Source: Rhizodiscina lignyota
Taxonomy: Eukaryota
Direction of reading: 5' to 3'
DNA length: 42,971 nt
NCBI GenBank assembly: GCA_010015805.1
Contig: ML978144.1
Span: forward strand, 186,001 to 228,971
In this document: piece by piece, positions 22,791 through 33,466 of the stretch
Layout of the letters: every line of letters begins with the position of its first letter
Numbering within the stretch: the first letter of the stretch is position 1
Position numbers and translations under genes: made by a program
The notes under the pieces: generated by a model
What the model saw: only the letters and a program-made list of their open reading frames with translations
Told to the model about the DNA's origin: nothing
Databases searched by the model: none

Positions 22791-23472
22791 GCTACGGGGA
22801 TATATGATATAAAATGTATCCAGCCAATTTAGGATACAAATAAAAGGAGATAGCCTCGGAATAACGAGAATGAGAAGGAGATTGGCTACTTATACCACGT
22901 GGACTCAGGCGGCGAGGCAGTCTGAGCAGAACTTGGGATCATATGTACAATAAGGCATGATTGAGACGAGCCGACTCCTTAGAATTAGAATACGATCCTT
23001 GGGAGCATCCAGTCTCTCCGAAAGGCACGTTTCCGGTCCCCGCGCTTCACCGTTCTCGTTAAAGTGAAGGGTGCGTGCAGACGAACGAGCCTCTCTTCTG
23101 ATGACGTTCCTGCCAAGCGAACTAAACCTATTAGGCTCAGACCAAATATGGTTTAGCGTTGATCTGCTAGTGTATTCCCTGAAAAGCGCGTTATTTTTCT
23201 CTTTCGCCCGCTCCAGCTCTGTGTAAAGAAATCATCGTGAAGCCGATAACTTTGAACGCCAAGATGGGCCAACTCATTATTCTTTAGCTATACGCAGTTG
23301 TGAAACTCGTCACTTCGATGGGTCTGTTAGAATTTCTCAGCCAAGCAACGCTTGCCTCGCTGGCGTCACCAGGGGATGAGACAATCGCCGCTCACATCCG
23401 GAGTCCCATGTCATCCAATCCAACCTTTCCGGCTCGGTCTCGAACTTGCTCTCTTCATCATAAGTCCAGTCA

Positions 23473-25337
23473 TTACTTTCTGTTACCGTACAGCTTCATT
23501 GCCTCCTCATTCTGTTGATAAAATGTTGAAAATCTGTACTTGGATTCGCCATCGTATTGCGCCAGTTCCTCAAGTGCCTGTTTTCCTTCTCGCTCAATCG
23601 TCGTCCGAATTTCTTCAGTGCGTGGAGTTATGCTACACTCGAAAGGCTGAGGTCGCATATTGAGGCCGTTTCTACTCAGTTTATCAGTGTCTGGATCGCT
23701 TGATACGGAGCGATTTGCATAACTGCTCGCTCCCCTTTATCCATGGGACAGAGGCTTACGTGTAATCGAAAATATCTAGCTCAATGAGACTCCCATCTGG
23801 CCGTTTCTTTTTCTGGATGTTGAATCCCCACAGCAATCGGGCAATGGTAATCCATGTCCCCTGTTCTGCAAGTGCCTGTCCGGGACAAACTCGCCGCCCC
23901 CATCCAAACGTCATATATCCCCTTTCTCCTGGAAATGGCCTATGATCCGGATCGCCATGCAGGTATCGCTTAGGGCTAAACCGATCAGGATCCGGGAAAT
24001 CGCGTTCGTTACGATGGATCGCCCACACATTGCCTTGGATCCAAGTGCCCTTTGGAATCAACCAGCCCTTGTAGTAGTCATCTCGGGTGGGCGCGTGCGG
24101 CTGGCCTCCAATGATAGCAACAGATCGCCAACGAAAGACCTCTTTTACGAAAGCACTCACATATGGCAAGTCATCGTCGAATTGTGGACTTCGACCTGGT
24201 CCGACGACACGGTCAAGCTCTTCCCATGCAGGTATCAATGTTTCTGGAAAACAGCAACATGCTAAAACGAACGTTATAAGCGTGCTACTACTCGTGTCGC
24301 TACCTGCCCCGAATAGATTGCCGGATAACGAAGAGATCTCGTCCTGTCGAAGGTCGTACGACGTTTTCTCGCGGAACAAGAATTTTACGAAGCTTTCGTC
24401 ATGACCTGGTTTCTCTTCGGCTTCTGCTGCCAGGGCATAAAAGAAGCCAAATCCCCGTTTACGGCCCAGGCCATGCTTCCACGGTGCAATACTCGTTGGA
24501 AATTTCGCAAGGAACGGAAAGGTCTCCATAAGCATTGGGAATTTCTTCCCGGGCACATTCAGGTCTGCAGCAAGATGCATTCCTGCGATTACCTCGGTGA
24601 TGATAGGGTCCTCGGACGAAGCGACTCGCCTCCCGAAGCCGACAATTGAAACAACACTTGTTGCATAGCGTTCGAAGTGCTTCACGTAATCCTCCGGTGT
24701 GGACAAAAGATCCAACGCTACCAGCCGGCTCTCGTTGTTTTGAAAATCTCGAAACTTTCGGACTGCTTGAATGCCGACTCCTTGGTGCATCAGTTTTCGA
24801 TGGACCCGCCATCGATCGTGTTGTTCTGGAGTGAATGTGTACATGTTGACAAGATTCGCTTGACCATTGCCAAGTTCAGCGAATACAAGCATTCTAGGAC
24901 GTGAGGAGTATATCCCCGCTCTCTTGTCGAAAATTTCCGATGCAGCCCAAGCATCGTTAATCCAAATGGTGGGATTTCTGCACTTTTGTGAGCGAAGGGA
25001 AGAAGTTATTTCGACAGGCCGATGCAAACCTTCCAATCCAGACCGTTATCAGTGGTGAATTGTATTCCTTGGACAAATGTTCGAACCATATCCACGGCTT
25101 GATATCAGGCAACATGAACGTATTTCCAATCACGGGAAGTGGAAACGGCCCAGGTGGCTATTCCAGCGTTAGCTTCCCGAGCCTGCAATTGCTTTGGAGG
25201 AATATTTTTACCAATTTCGAGCGTAACCAAAGTATATATCCATAGTCTATTCCTGCAACAAATATTGCAATGAAAGCGATCAATCCAACGATACTCCAAG
25301 GTCCGAAATATCTCAGAAAGAATTCGGAATTTACCAT
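23473..25337 (-). CDS. Cytochrome P450 monooxygenase, ~556 aa; exons 25337-25212, 25157-25030, 24977-23760, 23671-23473
   Basis: N-terminal anchor followed by PPGPFPLPVIGN, I-helix 'GAGSDTS', ExxR 'EVFR', 'PDRFSPKRY' and heme motif 'FGWGRRVCPG'. Three frame-restoring introns. Confidence 0.95.
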
Positions 25338-25845
25338 TGCGTTCAGAGCACGTCCTCTCTCAAATGATATAGTTTCTCTTGGCTGAAAAATACCAGTATT
25401 CACAGTTGAATAGGGAATACCTCTTTACGAGAAGCGGAAAGGGAACAGAATCGGCTCGATATGAGAGATATGCTCGGTAACCGGTTGCAAATGAATTGCC
25501 GAACTTGGTGGATGAACTGGAACCTCTCCCACCAATCACAACCCGCCTCCACAATTTCCCACCACTCCTTGTTCAACTCTACTTCAACCTCATTCGCGCC
25601 AACTCCGTGCCTGCTTCATCAATGCAACGCTCGAAATAATTGCTTTGCCGGGTAGGCAGACGGCATCTGTTCCCCATTCAGCTAGAGATCAGCCAGGATC
25701 GCACGCTAATGTTCCATTCCACTCACCCGCAATGCGGCTCGCGAAGGTTTCTCATCTGCTCACGCGCCACTGAGCTGCCACGTTCTCCCAAATGGACATG
25801 GTTTCGTGCATTATTCCAGCTCGCTTCAAGAATTGATACTTCAAT

Positions 25846-25931
25846 GCGGGGAAGATATATGTGGGGAAGCATGCTCTCCTTGTTGTTACTCCTTGTCTTT
25901 ACGCGGCAGTTATATGGGATCGGCAGTGGGG
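25846..25931 (+). promoter_or_regulatory. Three CreA/Cre1-like SYGGRG sites in the divergent P450/transporter promoter
   Basis: GCGGGG at 25846, GTGGGG at 25861 and 25926. The motif is short, so chance occurrence is possible. Confidence 0.35.
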
Positions 25932-26085
25932 TGGCAAGCATTGGCCCTTTCTCTTTTGCATCTGGACCATTTTCTCGTGTCTAAGGATGTTTATTAACTC
26001 TTTCGTTTCATATGACCGGATATAAATCTTCAGCTCTCTTTCGTTATCTCGTAGTCAAGGACAAAGAGCCAACCAAGGAATCACG

Positions 26086-27894
26086 ATGGCGCCACAGCAA
26101 GAGCTTCCGTTCAGAGCGCACTGGAAATGTCTTTTGGCATGTACTCTAATATCGATGAGTCCGTTCCAATATGGTGTCGATTTCGGAATCATCGGCGGTC
26201 TCCAGGCCATGATCGGTTTCCTGGAGGTGTTTGGTGAGAAGGACCCGTCGTCGCCCATCGGTTGGAACATATCATCTGGAAAGCAACAGTTGATCTCTTC
26301 ATTAATGACTCTGGGGGCATTTATTGCGTCCGGCACGGCTGGATTTACAGCTGCTTATATCGGGCGAAAGCCATCGTTATGGGTTGCCTGTGTAGGCATT
26401 TTCGTTTCAACAGCGGTCATGCAAACGACTTCCAGTATCGGAGGCTTATATGCCGGGAGACTTATTATTGGCCTGGCAAATGGACTTCTCATGACCCACT
26501 CGCAGTTGTACATTCAGGTATGAAATCGTTATTTTCAATGTGTTCTGGAGCTGCTCTAACTCCGCACAGGAGTGCATCCCTGCCAAATATCGAGGTCTAT
26601 CAATCTCTGTCTTCCAGTATTGGACTTCAATTGGGACCCTAATCGGCACAATTGTTGATAACTTCACGTCCAAAATCGACGGTCGGCGATCGTACACCCT
26701 TCCACTCGGAATTGTCTACATTGTGCCTGGGCTCTTGACCTTTGGGATGCTTCTGATTCCAGAATCCCCTCGTTGGCTCCTTGAGAGAGGAAAAGTAGAC
26801 AAAGCGCGCAAGTCTCTTCGATGGCTGAGACCGAAATCTGTGAATATCGAGGAAGAATTCGTTGAGATGCAGCTGGCGCTTGAATCGGAGAGGTCTCTTC
26901 ATTCCGGTATCGGATTCTGGGATCTATTTGCCAATCCGATCGATCGTCGCAGGACGATGCTCTCTGTTATTGGTATCACCACTCAAGCTGCGTCGGGTGC
27001 TATGTTCATGATAGGTGAGAAACATCGTATTCTTGGTTTCGAGTCTACCCCTAACAATCATCAGCATATGGCACGTATTTCTTCGAAATGGCCAACATCG
27101 GAAATGCATTCGAGAACTCTTGCATTCTCACAGCCATTGGAGTGGTTGCGATCATTCTGAACAGTCTTGTTGTGACCAAGATTGGTCGGCGACGAGTTTT
27201 CTTAATTGTCGGCTTAACCATCTGCGGCGTAGTGCAGCTCATAATGGCTGCCGTATACACAGTCCATCCTGGAACAGTATCAACAGGCAGAGCTGTCGTG
27301 GGATTGTCAATCATTTATATTGTCGCATACAACGGCATGATTTCCTCATATGCGTGGCTTTCCGGCGGTGAACTGCCATGTCAACGCCTTCGGTCATATA
27401 CGTTTGGTTTGGCGGCAGCGGTCGGGTTCCTGGGAGCTGTAAGTCGTACCATGAAATACAATCCTCCCCAAACTCTAACAACGAATAGTGGCTGGCGACA
27501 TTTACAGCGCCGTACTTCATCAATCCAGACTCATTGAACTGGGGTCCCAAATACGGCTACATCTGGGCGCCATCTTGCTTTGTTACAGCGATATGGCTCT
27601 GGTTCTTCTTCCCCGAGGTGAAAGGCCGCACACTGGAAGAGATCGATGAACTGTTCGAGGCGCGCATACCTGCACGGAAGTTCCGCACATATGAGACTGC
27701 GCGCAGGGGTGTAGTTCAAGCCAAGCTCGAGTTAGATGAGAAGTCTACTGTGGAGAGGATTGAGCATATTGAACCAAAAACCACCGCTGAGAAGGTGTGG
27801 ACGGATCCGAAGGTATGATTTGCTGCTTTTGTTGCGAGGGCCATGTTAACAGTTATTCCAGGCAGTTGCGGAGACAGCAGTCAACATTGCATGA
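26086..27894 (+). CDS. MFS sugar porter (alpha-glucoside/maltose permease-like), ~535 aa; 5 exons
   Basis: Introns 26518-26569, 27015-27064, 27439-27488 and probably 27813-27861 (if unspliced, the stop is at 27818). Motifs: 'YIGRK', 'IPESPRWL', 'KIGRR', 'GELP', 'PEVKGRTLEEIDELF'. Confidence 0.92.
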
Positions 27895-28115
27895 GCCTTG
27901 AGTAAGTTCGGGAATCTTAATTCTAAGGGACAATTCCTTTAAGGCAAGAATCCATAAGAGCAACCTACCTTTGGTGTTCGTGCAAGTTGAGGAAACACGC
28001 TCTTCATGGGCATGGCAAGCAGCGGACAGAATCGAGGAGTATATGAAGATGCATCAACTCATACATTGAACAATATTAATCAAAGTTTTGAGGTCAATTG
28101 CTGCCTCTCTAATTT

Positions 28116-29487
28116 CTACAAATGTGCGACAGACTCCGAATTTACACTTGTCCCTGTGTTAACTTCTGCTCGGACATCGTCGAAAACAGCTTCTGCATGC
28201 TTCCCGGCATCATGCTGGAATATCCAATCCTCTCTTGGGAGTTGAATACTTTCTGGGTGTTTCTTTGCATGTTCCCAATCCGTCTTGTGCCACATATCCC
28301 GCGTCGTTTCACCCGTTTTCTGCACTCCCTTTACGCGCTCGTATCTTATCCTCTCATGGATTCGTACACCCTCAGGAACAGCATCTTTACCTGCCCGCCT
28401 CAGACATACCGCAATAGTGGCACCATCTTCCAGTGCTTGTGTCGCTCCTTGAGCGCTGGTCGGTAAAAATGGGTGCGCCGAATCTCCGAGAAGAAGAATT
28501 CTACCCACAGGACTCACCCAGGTAGGTAGCGGATCTCGGTACACCAGCTTCCAGTCTACAAGTCGCTCCTCGGGCGTTTTCGAGACAATTCTCCAACACA
28601 TTTCATCCCAGTCGCGTATCGCCTCTTTCACTTCGCTCAGCTTGCCAGGAAAACTCCAAGACTCGTCAATATCGTGCTCGTCCGGATGTGTCAGGACCCA
28701 ACAACAATCGCTGCCGTTCTTGATCGTCGAAAAGAGAAAGTGCATATCAGGTCCTATCCAGCCATTAAATGTATCACCGTTTTCGCAAAATTGCGCTGTT
28801 TCGGGGTCCGCGATCATGTCCTTGTTTGAGAACCACGCGCGCCAAACTGCGTACCCGCTCGACTTGGGTTTGTCTTCGAATCCCAGGACGGCTTTACGTG
28901 CTTTCGAACGCACGCCATCAGCAGCGATTACGAGGTCTGCGGAGATTCGCTCTCCACTGTCGAGTATAATGCCGGATTTCTCATCATCCTCGAAGTATTG
29001 TTCTATTCTCCGGTCCAAATGGATTGGAATTCCCAGCTCGTCACGAGCGTAATCGAAAATGACTTGATGCAGCTCTCCTCTATGGCCATTGAAAACTGGT
29101 GAAGTTTCATCCCATCCTGGGTTCTTCTGATTGATAATGATTTCGCCAGTATCATATTTCCGAATGTTGAAGCCGTAAGATCTCAAGTCGATACTGAGAG
29201 TTCGCATCCGCTGAGCAATTTCACCGTCACGCTCTCCCCAGCGGTAGAAAATACGTCCAGCATTTGGACCGAAGGAGATAATATCACCTAGTTGCTTCAG
29301 TTCAGGAAATGCTTCGTATATCTCGACGTCGTGGCCATGGCGGTGGCATTCTATCGCAGCTCCGAGACCTCCAAAGCCTGGTGATCTTTAGATTAACTAT
29401 CTTATTCCATCTGGGCAACTGATTTTTGGTGTAGAGCCTACCCGCTCCGACAATAATGATCTTTATGCCTGTCTTTGCGTTCTGCAT
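28116..29487 (-). CDS. FAD-dependent monooxygenase (salicylate-hydroxylase-like group A), ~435 aa; exons 29487-29442 and 29377-28116
   Basis: Intron 29378-29441 splits IIIVGAG/FGGL. Motifs 'IAADGVRS' and 'LLGDSAHPFLPTSAQGATQALEDG'. C-terminus is -AHL. Confidence 0.93.
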
Positions 29488-29691
29488 GTTTGCAATCCCT
29501 CTCAACGTACCGCAGTCTCAAAGAAGGCTTTCAAAATTTCCAAATTTCAAGTGGCGCAACCTTGACGTTCTCAAAAGTCCTCGGCCAAATGCAAGGTACG
29601 TCCAAATACCATCTAAAATCGCCATATTGCTAGCCGGCAGATCTCATATTGAGGATCTGCCGATATACTGGAGAAGCATATGATCTCCGGT

Positions 29692-29979
29692 GTGGGGTCG
29701 TGTATGTGGGGTTGCTGGGATTTATGTGGGAGAGGGCTCAAGAGATGCTTGGGAAACCCCTGAGCCGTTGATGCAGCGGATGCGCCAATTCTGGAAGACA
29801 AATATGCGGCTCTTCGTGTTCAGCCTCTCTCTAACATTCGGCAAATACAGATTCGGCGCGCAAGAGCTGTTATCGACTGGCTCTCGCAGCAAGCGAGGGC
29901 GAATATCAACTCCCCGGCCCAAGTCACCCGTGGCATCATCCCGTACTCTCCCGAGATAATGGACGAAGGAGCAGTGGGG
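29692..29979 (+). promoter_or_regulatory. Three CreA-like GTGGGG sites in the divergent monooxygenase/SDR promoter
   Basis: GTGGGG at 29692, 29706 and 29974. Confidence 0.35.
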
Positions 29980-30036
29980 TCATTTAAATCCAACAAACGG
30001 AAACATAGTTCTATTTTCTGACAGCGGGCTTTCGAC

Positions 30037-31222
30037 ATGACGTCTCACTCGGAGTTTGGTCTGGAGACTTCGGGGCTAGATGTAGCGAAGACCTTCGCCA
30101 ATCAGATTCAGGGCAGAAATGGTAGTAGAATATTCCCTTCACTTGTGGAAAGATGAAATAGTGCTAATTCACAGTACAGTTGTTATAACGGGAGTAAGCC
30201 CGAACGGAATCGGCGAAGGAACAGCAATAGCATTTGCGTCCCAGAAACCCAAAACGCTCATTCTTGCGTCGAGGACAAGATCAAAAGTTGAAGATGTCGC
30301 ATCAAACATTCACTCTAAATACCCCGATGTTGATGTTAGAATCGTTATCGTCGATATGTCATCTCAAGAATCGGTGCATCAAGCAGCATCGGAAATCAGC
30401 AGTATGATCTCAACACTGGATATCTTGATCAACAACGCCGGAGTGGTGATCCAAGACCGAAGATGGACACCAGAGAAAATAGAGTTGCAATTCGCCACAA
30501 ACCACGTCTGCCCCTTCTTGTTCACAAATTTGTTAATGCCATTGTTGTTGAAGGCCGCGAAAGAATCAGACACTCCAGGCGCAACCCGTATCGTCACACT
30601 ATCTAGTGCCGGGCATCGTTTATCCCCCATACGATTCCACGACTACAACTTCGAAGGGCATCCAATACCGCCTGAAGAAGAGCATATCAAGGATCTGCCC
30701 CCCGCATTTGTTAAAGCCCGAGACGGATATCCCGGGTTCATCGCATACGGTCATTCGAAAACAGCGAACATACTCTTCGCTCTTTATCTCCAGGAGCATC
30801 TGCGTGATATGGGCATAATGTCATATACCTTGCATCCAGGAGGTATGTCACTGAGAATATTTGGACTGGCGAGACTAGCTGACGGCTTTGTACAGGAGTA
30901 TCAACCGATATGAGTCGAAACTTGGACGAAGAAGGTGCTGAAGCGATCAACCGAACGTCGAAATATTGGAAAACCCCGGATCAAGGCTCTTCCACTACGC
31001 TGGTGGCTGCTTTAGATCCGGCATTGAACAGTGAGTAACGCTGCATTGGAGTGATCCGAGATACTGACGCGATGTTTACAAGATCCCGTCGGGTTGTTTC
31101 TAGATAACTGTCAATTCAAAGAGCCTGCAGCTCATGCTACTAACCCAGACGCGGCAAGACGGCTGTGGGCACTGAGTGAAGAACTTGTCGGGGCCAAATT
31201 TACACTGGGAAGCAAGTTATAG
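30037..31222 (+). CDS. Short-chain dehydrogenase/reductase (retinol-DH/WWOX-like) with C-terminal PTS1, ~340 aa; 4 exons
   Basis: Introns 30122-30179, 30843-30895 and 31031-31082. Motifs: 'VITGVSPNGIG', 'LINNAG', 'FATNH', YxxxK 'YGHSK', 'LHPG', 'RLWALSEELV'. Ends -GSKL*. Confidence 0.92.
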
Positions 31223-31532
31223 ATTTCAGCTATCTGTGTCTCGATATTCAAATTTCCCCTAAAGTTTGTTTGAACACCCGGTCGATAGGTGCGAAAGATC
31301 GTCGACGTCCAAAACAAAGCCTTCAAGTGTAAAAGACATAGACCATCCATAATCTTCATAGAGATGAGCATACAGAAAGGCGAGTTTCGAGATTTTTTAC
31401 AATCATTACAAAGATACTGAGAGTGGAGCGTCCATTGATTTGAACAGCTAAACACAGTGCTCGGTCGCGAGGCAGTATTTTCGAGGGGGCGTTGCATCGT
31501 CTCGCTGTTAACAATTCAATTCGGAAATAGAC

Positions 31533-32921
31533 TTAATTCTTCGGAAGTCCAAGACCCTCGCGTCGAGACGTGGACGCAGGATCTAAGTACGGTACTTCGC
31601 CAATCCCCGAGGCTCTTACTCCAATCCGGACACCACCGACCAAATGCGTATCGGGCTAAAACCAGTATGTCAGTATCGAGCTCGCAATTGAAGCATACAA
31701 TAGTTAACATACCGTGGCAGCGTGGAGCGTGCAGACATTGCTCCAGATTGCGCATGCTTGGTTTGTCCAGTGCATGCGAGCAATGCCGTCGTGATTCCGA
31801 GTGATTAGTCGCATGATATAGTCGCGGATCATCTGGTCCTCGTAGTTGTAGACATCGTTGATCCTGCTGACGTGAAGTCCGACACCCGCGAAGACAGACT
31901 TCCAGCCTGTAACGGGGTGTGTTCGGATCACCGGATGCGATGGAGCGAATTCATAGTCTTTGTTTAGCGGGGACCCTGTATAAATGAGAAAAAGCTCAAA
32001 TAATCCACAGTGGCAAAGGGATAAAGACCTCTTGGCGACATTACTTCGTATCCGCCAGTCTCACATGCGCTCTGGAACACCGGCTGCGCGCATGTTGCTG
32101 TGAGAGTCTCTAGCCATGATCGGAAAGCTGGAGACATGCGGTCATAACTTCACCAAAGTCATCAGTGGGTCGGAATATTATTCATATTTGAAGAGATGGA
32201 CACTTACAGTTCGTAACCTGAGCACCACAGCGTATCTCCTCCGGCCGGGGGTGTATCTTGCATCCTCAGGAAACTGAAGTCTGAAGGACAATTCTCGAAG
32301 AGACCTGTATGAAGCATTAATATCACAAGTAAATAAACTGGCTGCATTCATTTGAACTGACTGTCACTATGCCATTCCCTTGCGAGATCCCTGGGCTCTC
32401 CGTTGCTGCCTGGTCTGCCCTTCATCGTCTTGTAGAGTTTCTTCATCGCCTCGGAGTTAATCACGTAGCTGTGAAGAATTATTAGCTGTAAATTGCGCCC
32501 TGAACAGATTGTCGTACATGTTCTCATCTGTTGTTCCGTCTGCCATTGGAATGTTGTTGGGATCCCTGTACAGCGGATGAACATGCAGTCCATTCTCGTT
32601 CGGCCTTCCTGTCAGCTTGCCCAGCAAGTCTGTGACGTGCTTCTGCTCTTCGACAGTAAGGTCATCTTGAGGTGCACGGAAAAAGACAACACCACGCTCG
32701 CAGATTGTGATTCCAAGATCTCGCAGTTGATCTTCGGAGTTTGGGGCATTCAACATGTCCTTGATTTTTGCTGTTGGGTATTCGCGGCCAATTATTGGTG
32801 TTACATCTACGTACTCGAGATGATCTATTGATCCCGAGCTTTTAAGAGGTTCCCGCTGAAGTTTTGTTGCGCCGTTACTGTGGCCATTGGTGCCATTCGT
32901 GTCGTTTGTGTCCTGGCCCAT
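31533..32921 (-). CDS. TauD/TfdA-family Fe(II)/2-oxoglutarate dioxygenase, ~370 aa; 6 exons
   Basis: Introns 32469-32517, 32305-32361, 32148-32207, 31976-32028 and 31656-31712. Motifs: 'DVTPIIGREY', 'ERGVVFFR', facial triad 'WHSD' ... 'TLH', 'GGDTLW', 'HPVIRTHPVTGWKS', 'GEVPYLDP'. Confidence 0.92.
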
Positions 32922-33466
32922 GATGAACGTATTTCCTTGGTACAAAATGAATTCGGAGAGTTTTGCGAATGCTGTATTACTGTACTTGATACTTAAAGAG
33001 CTGATTGATATATGAAAGACATTGCAACACTCGAAATAGTCCCGGCAGTTGTTAATAGCTGCTACTCCCGGAAGGCTATTAGCGGCATCCCGCTACAGTG
33101 GGGCTATATTGATGGAGGTGCGGGGTATTATTTTGAGGTCACTGGTGTTGCTCGCGGTAGCATTTGACAAAACGGGTTGTATAGACCCGGAGAATGCGCG
33201 TAAAGGCGCAGGCGGCAGTTGATAGTCGCAAGTGCTTCAGAATGCTTGGTTCGGAACTCGGCATGCAGCCGGGGACACTTGCAACCCATGTCCATCACCT
33301 TATTTCAACTGCCGAATGCACCGTATTTGAACTCCATATGCTGAATCACACGTGTCGACATGAAGGAATTGATTGTGACACACCACTAATTCTGTGATTC
33401 GAGTCCCATTGCTGAAAAAGGTCCGAACAAACTCTCCTTGCACCAAACTGCTTGGCGCGCGGAAGC

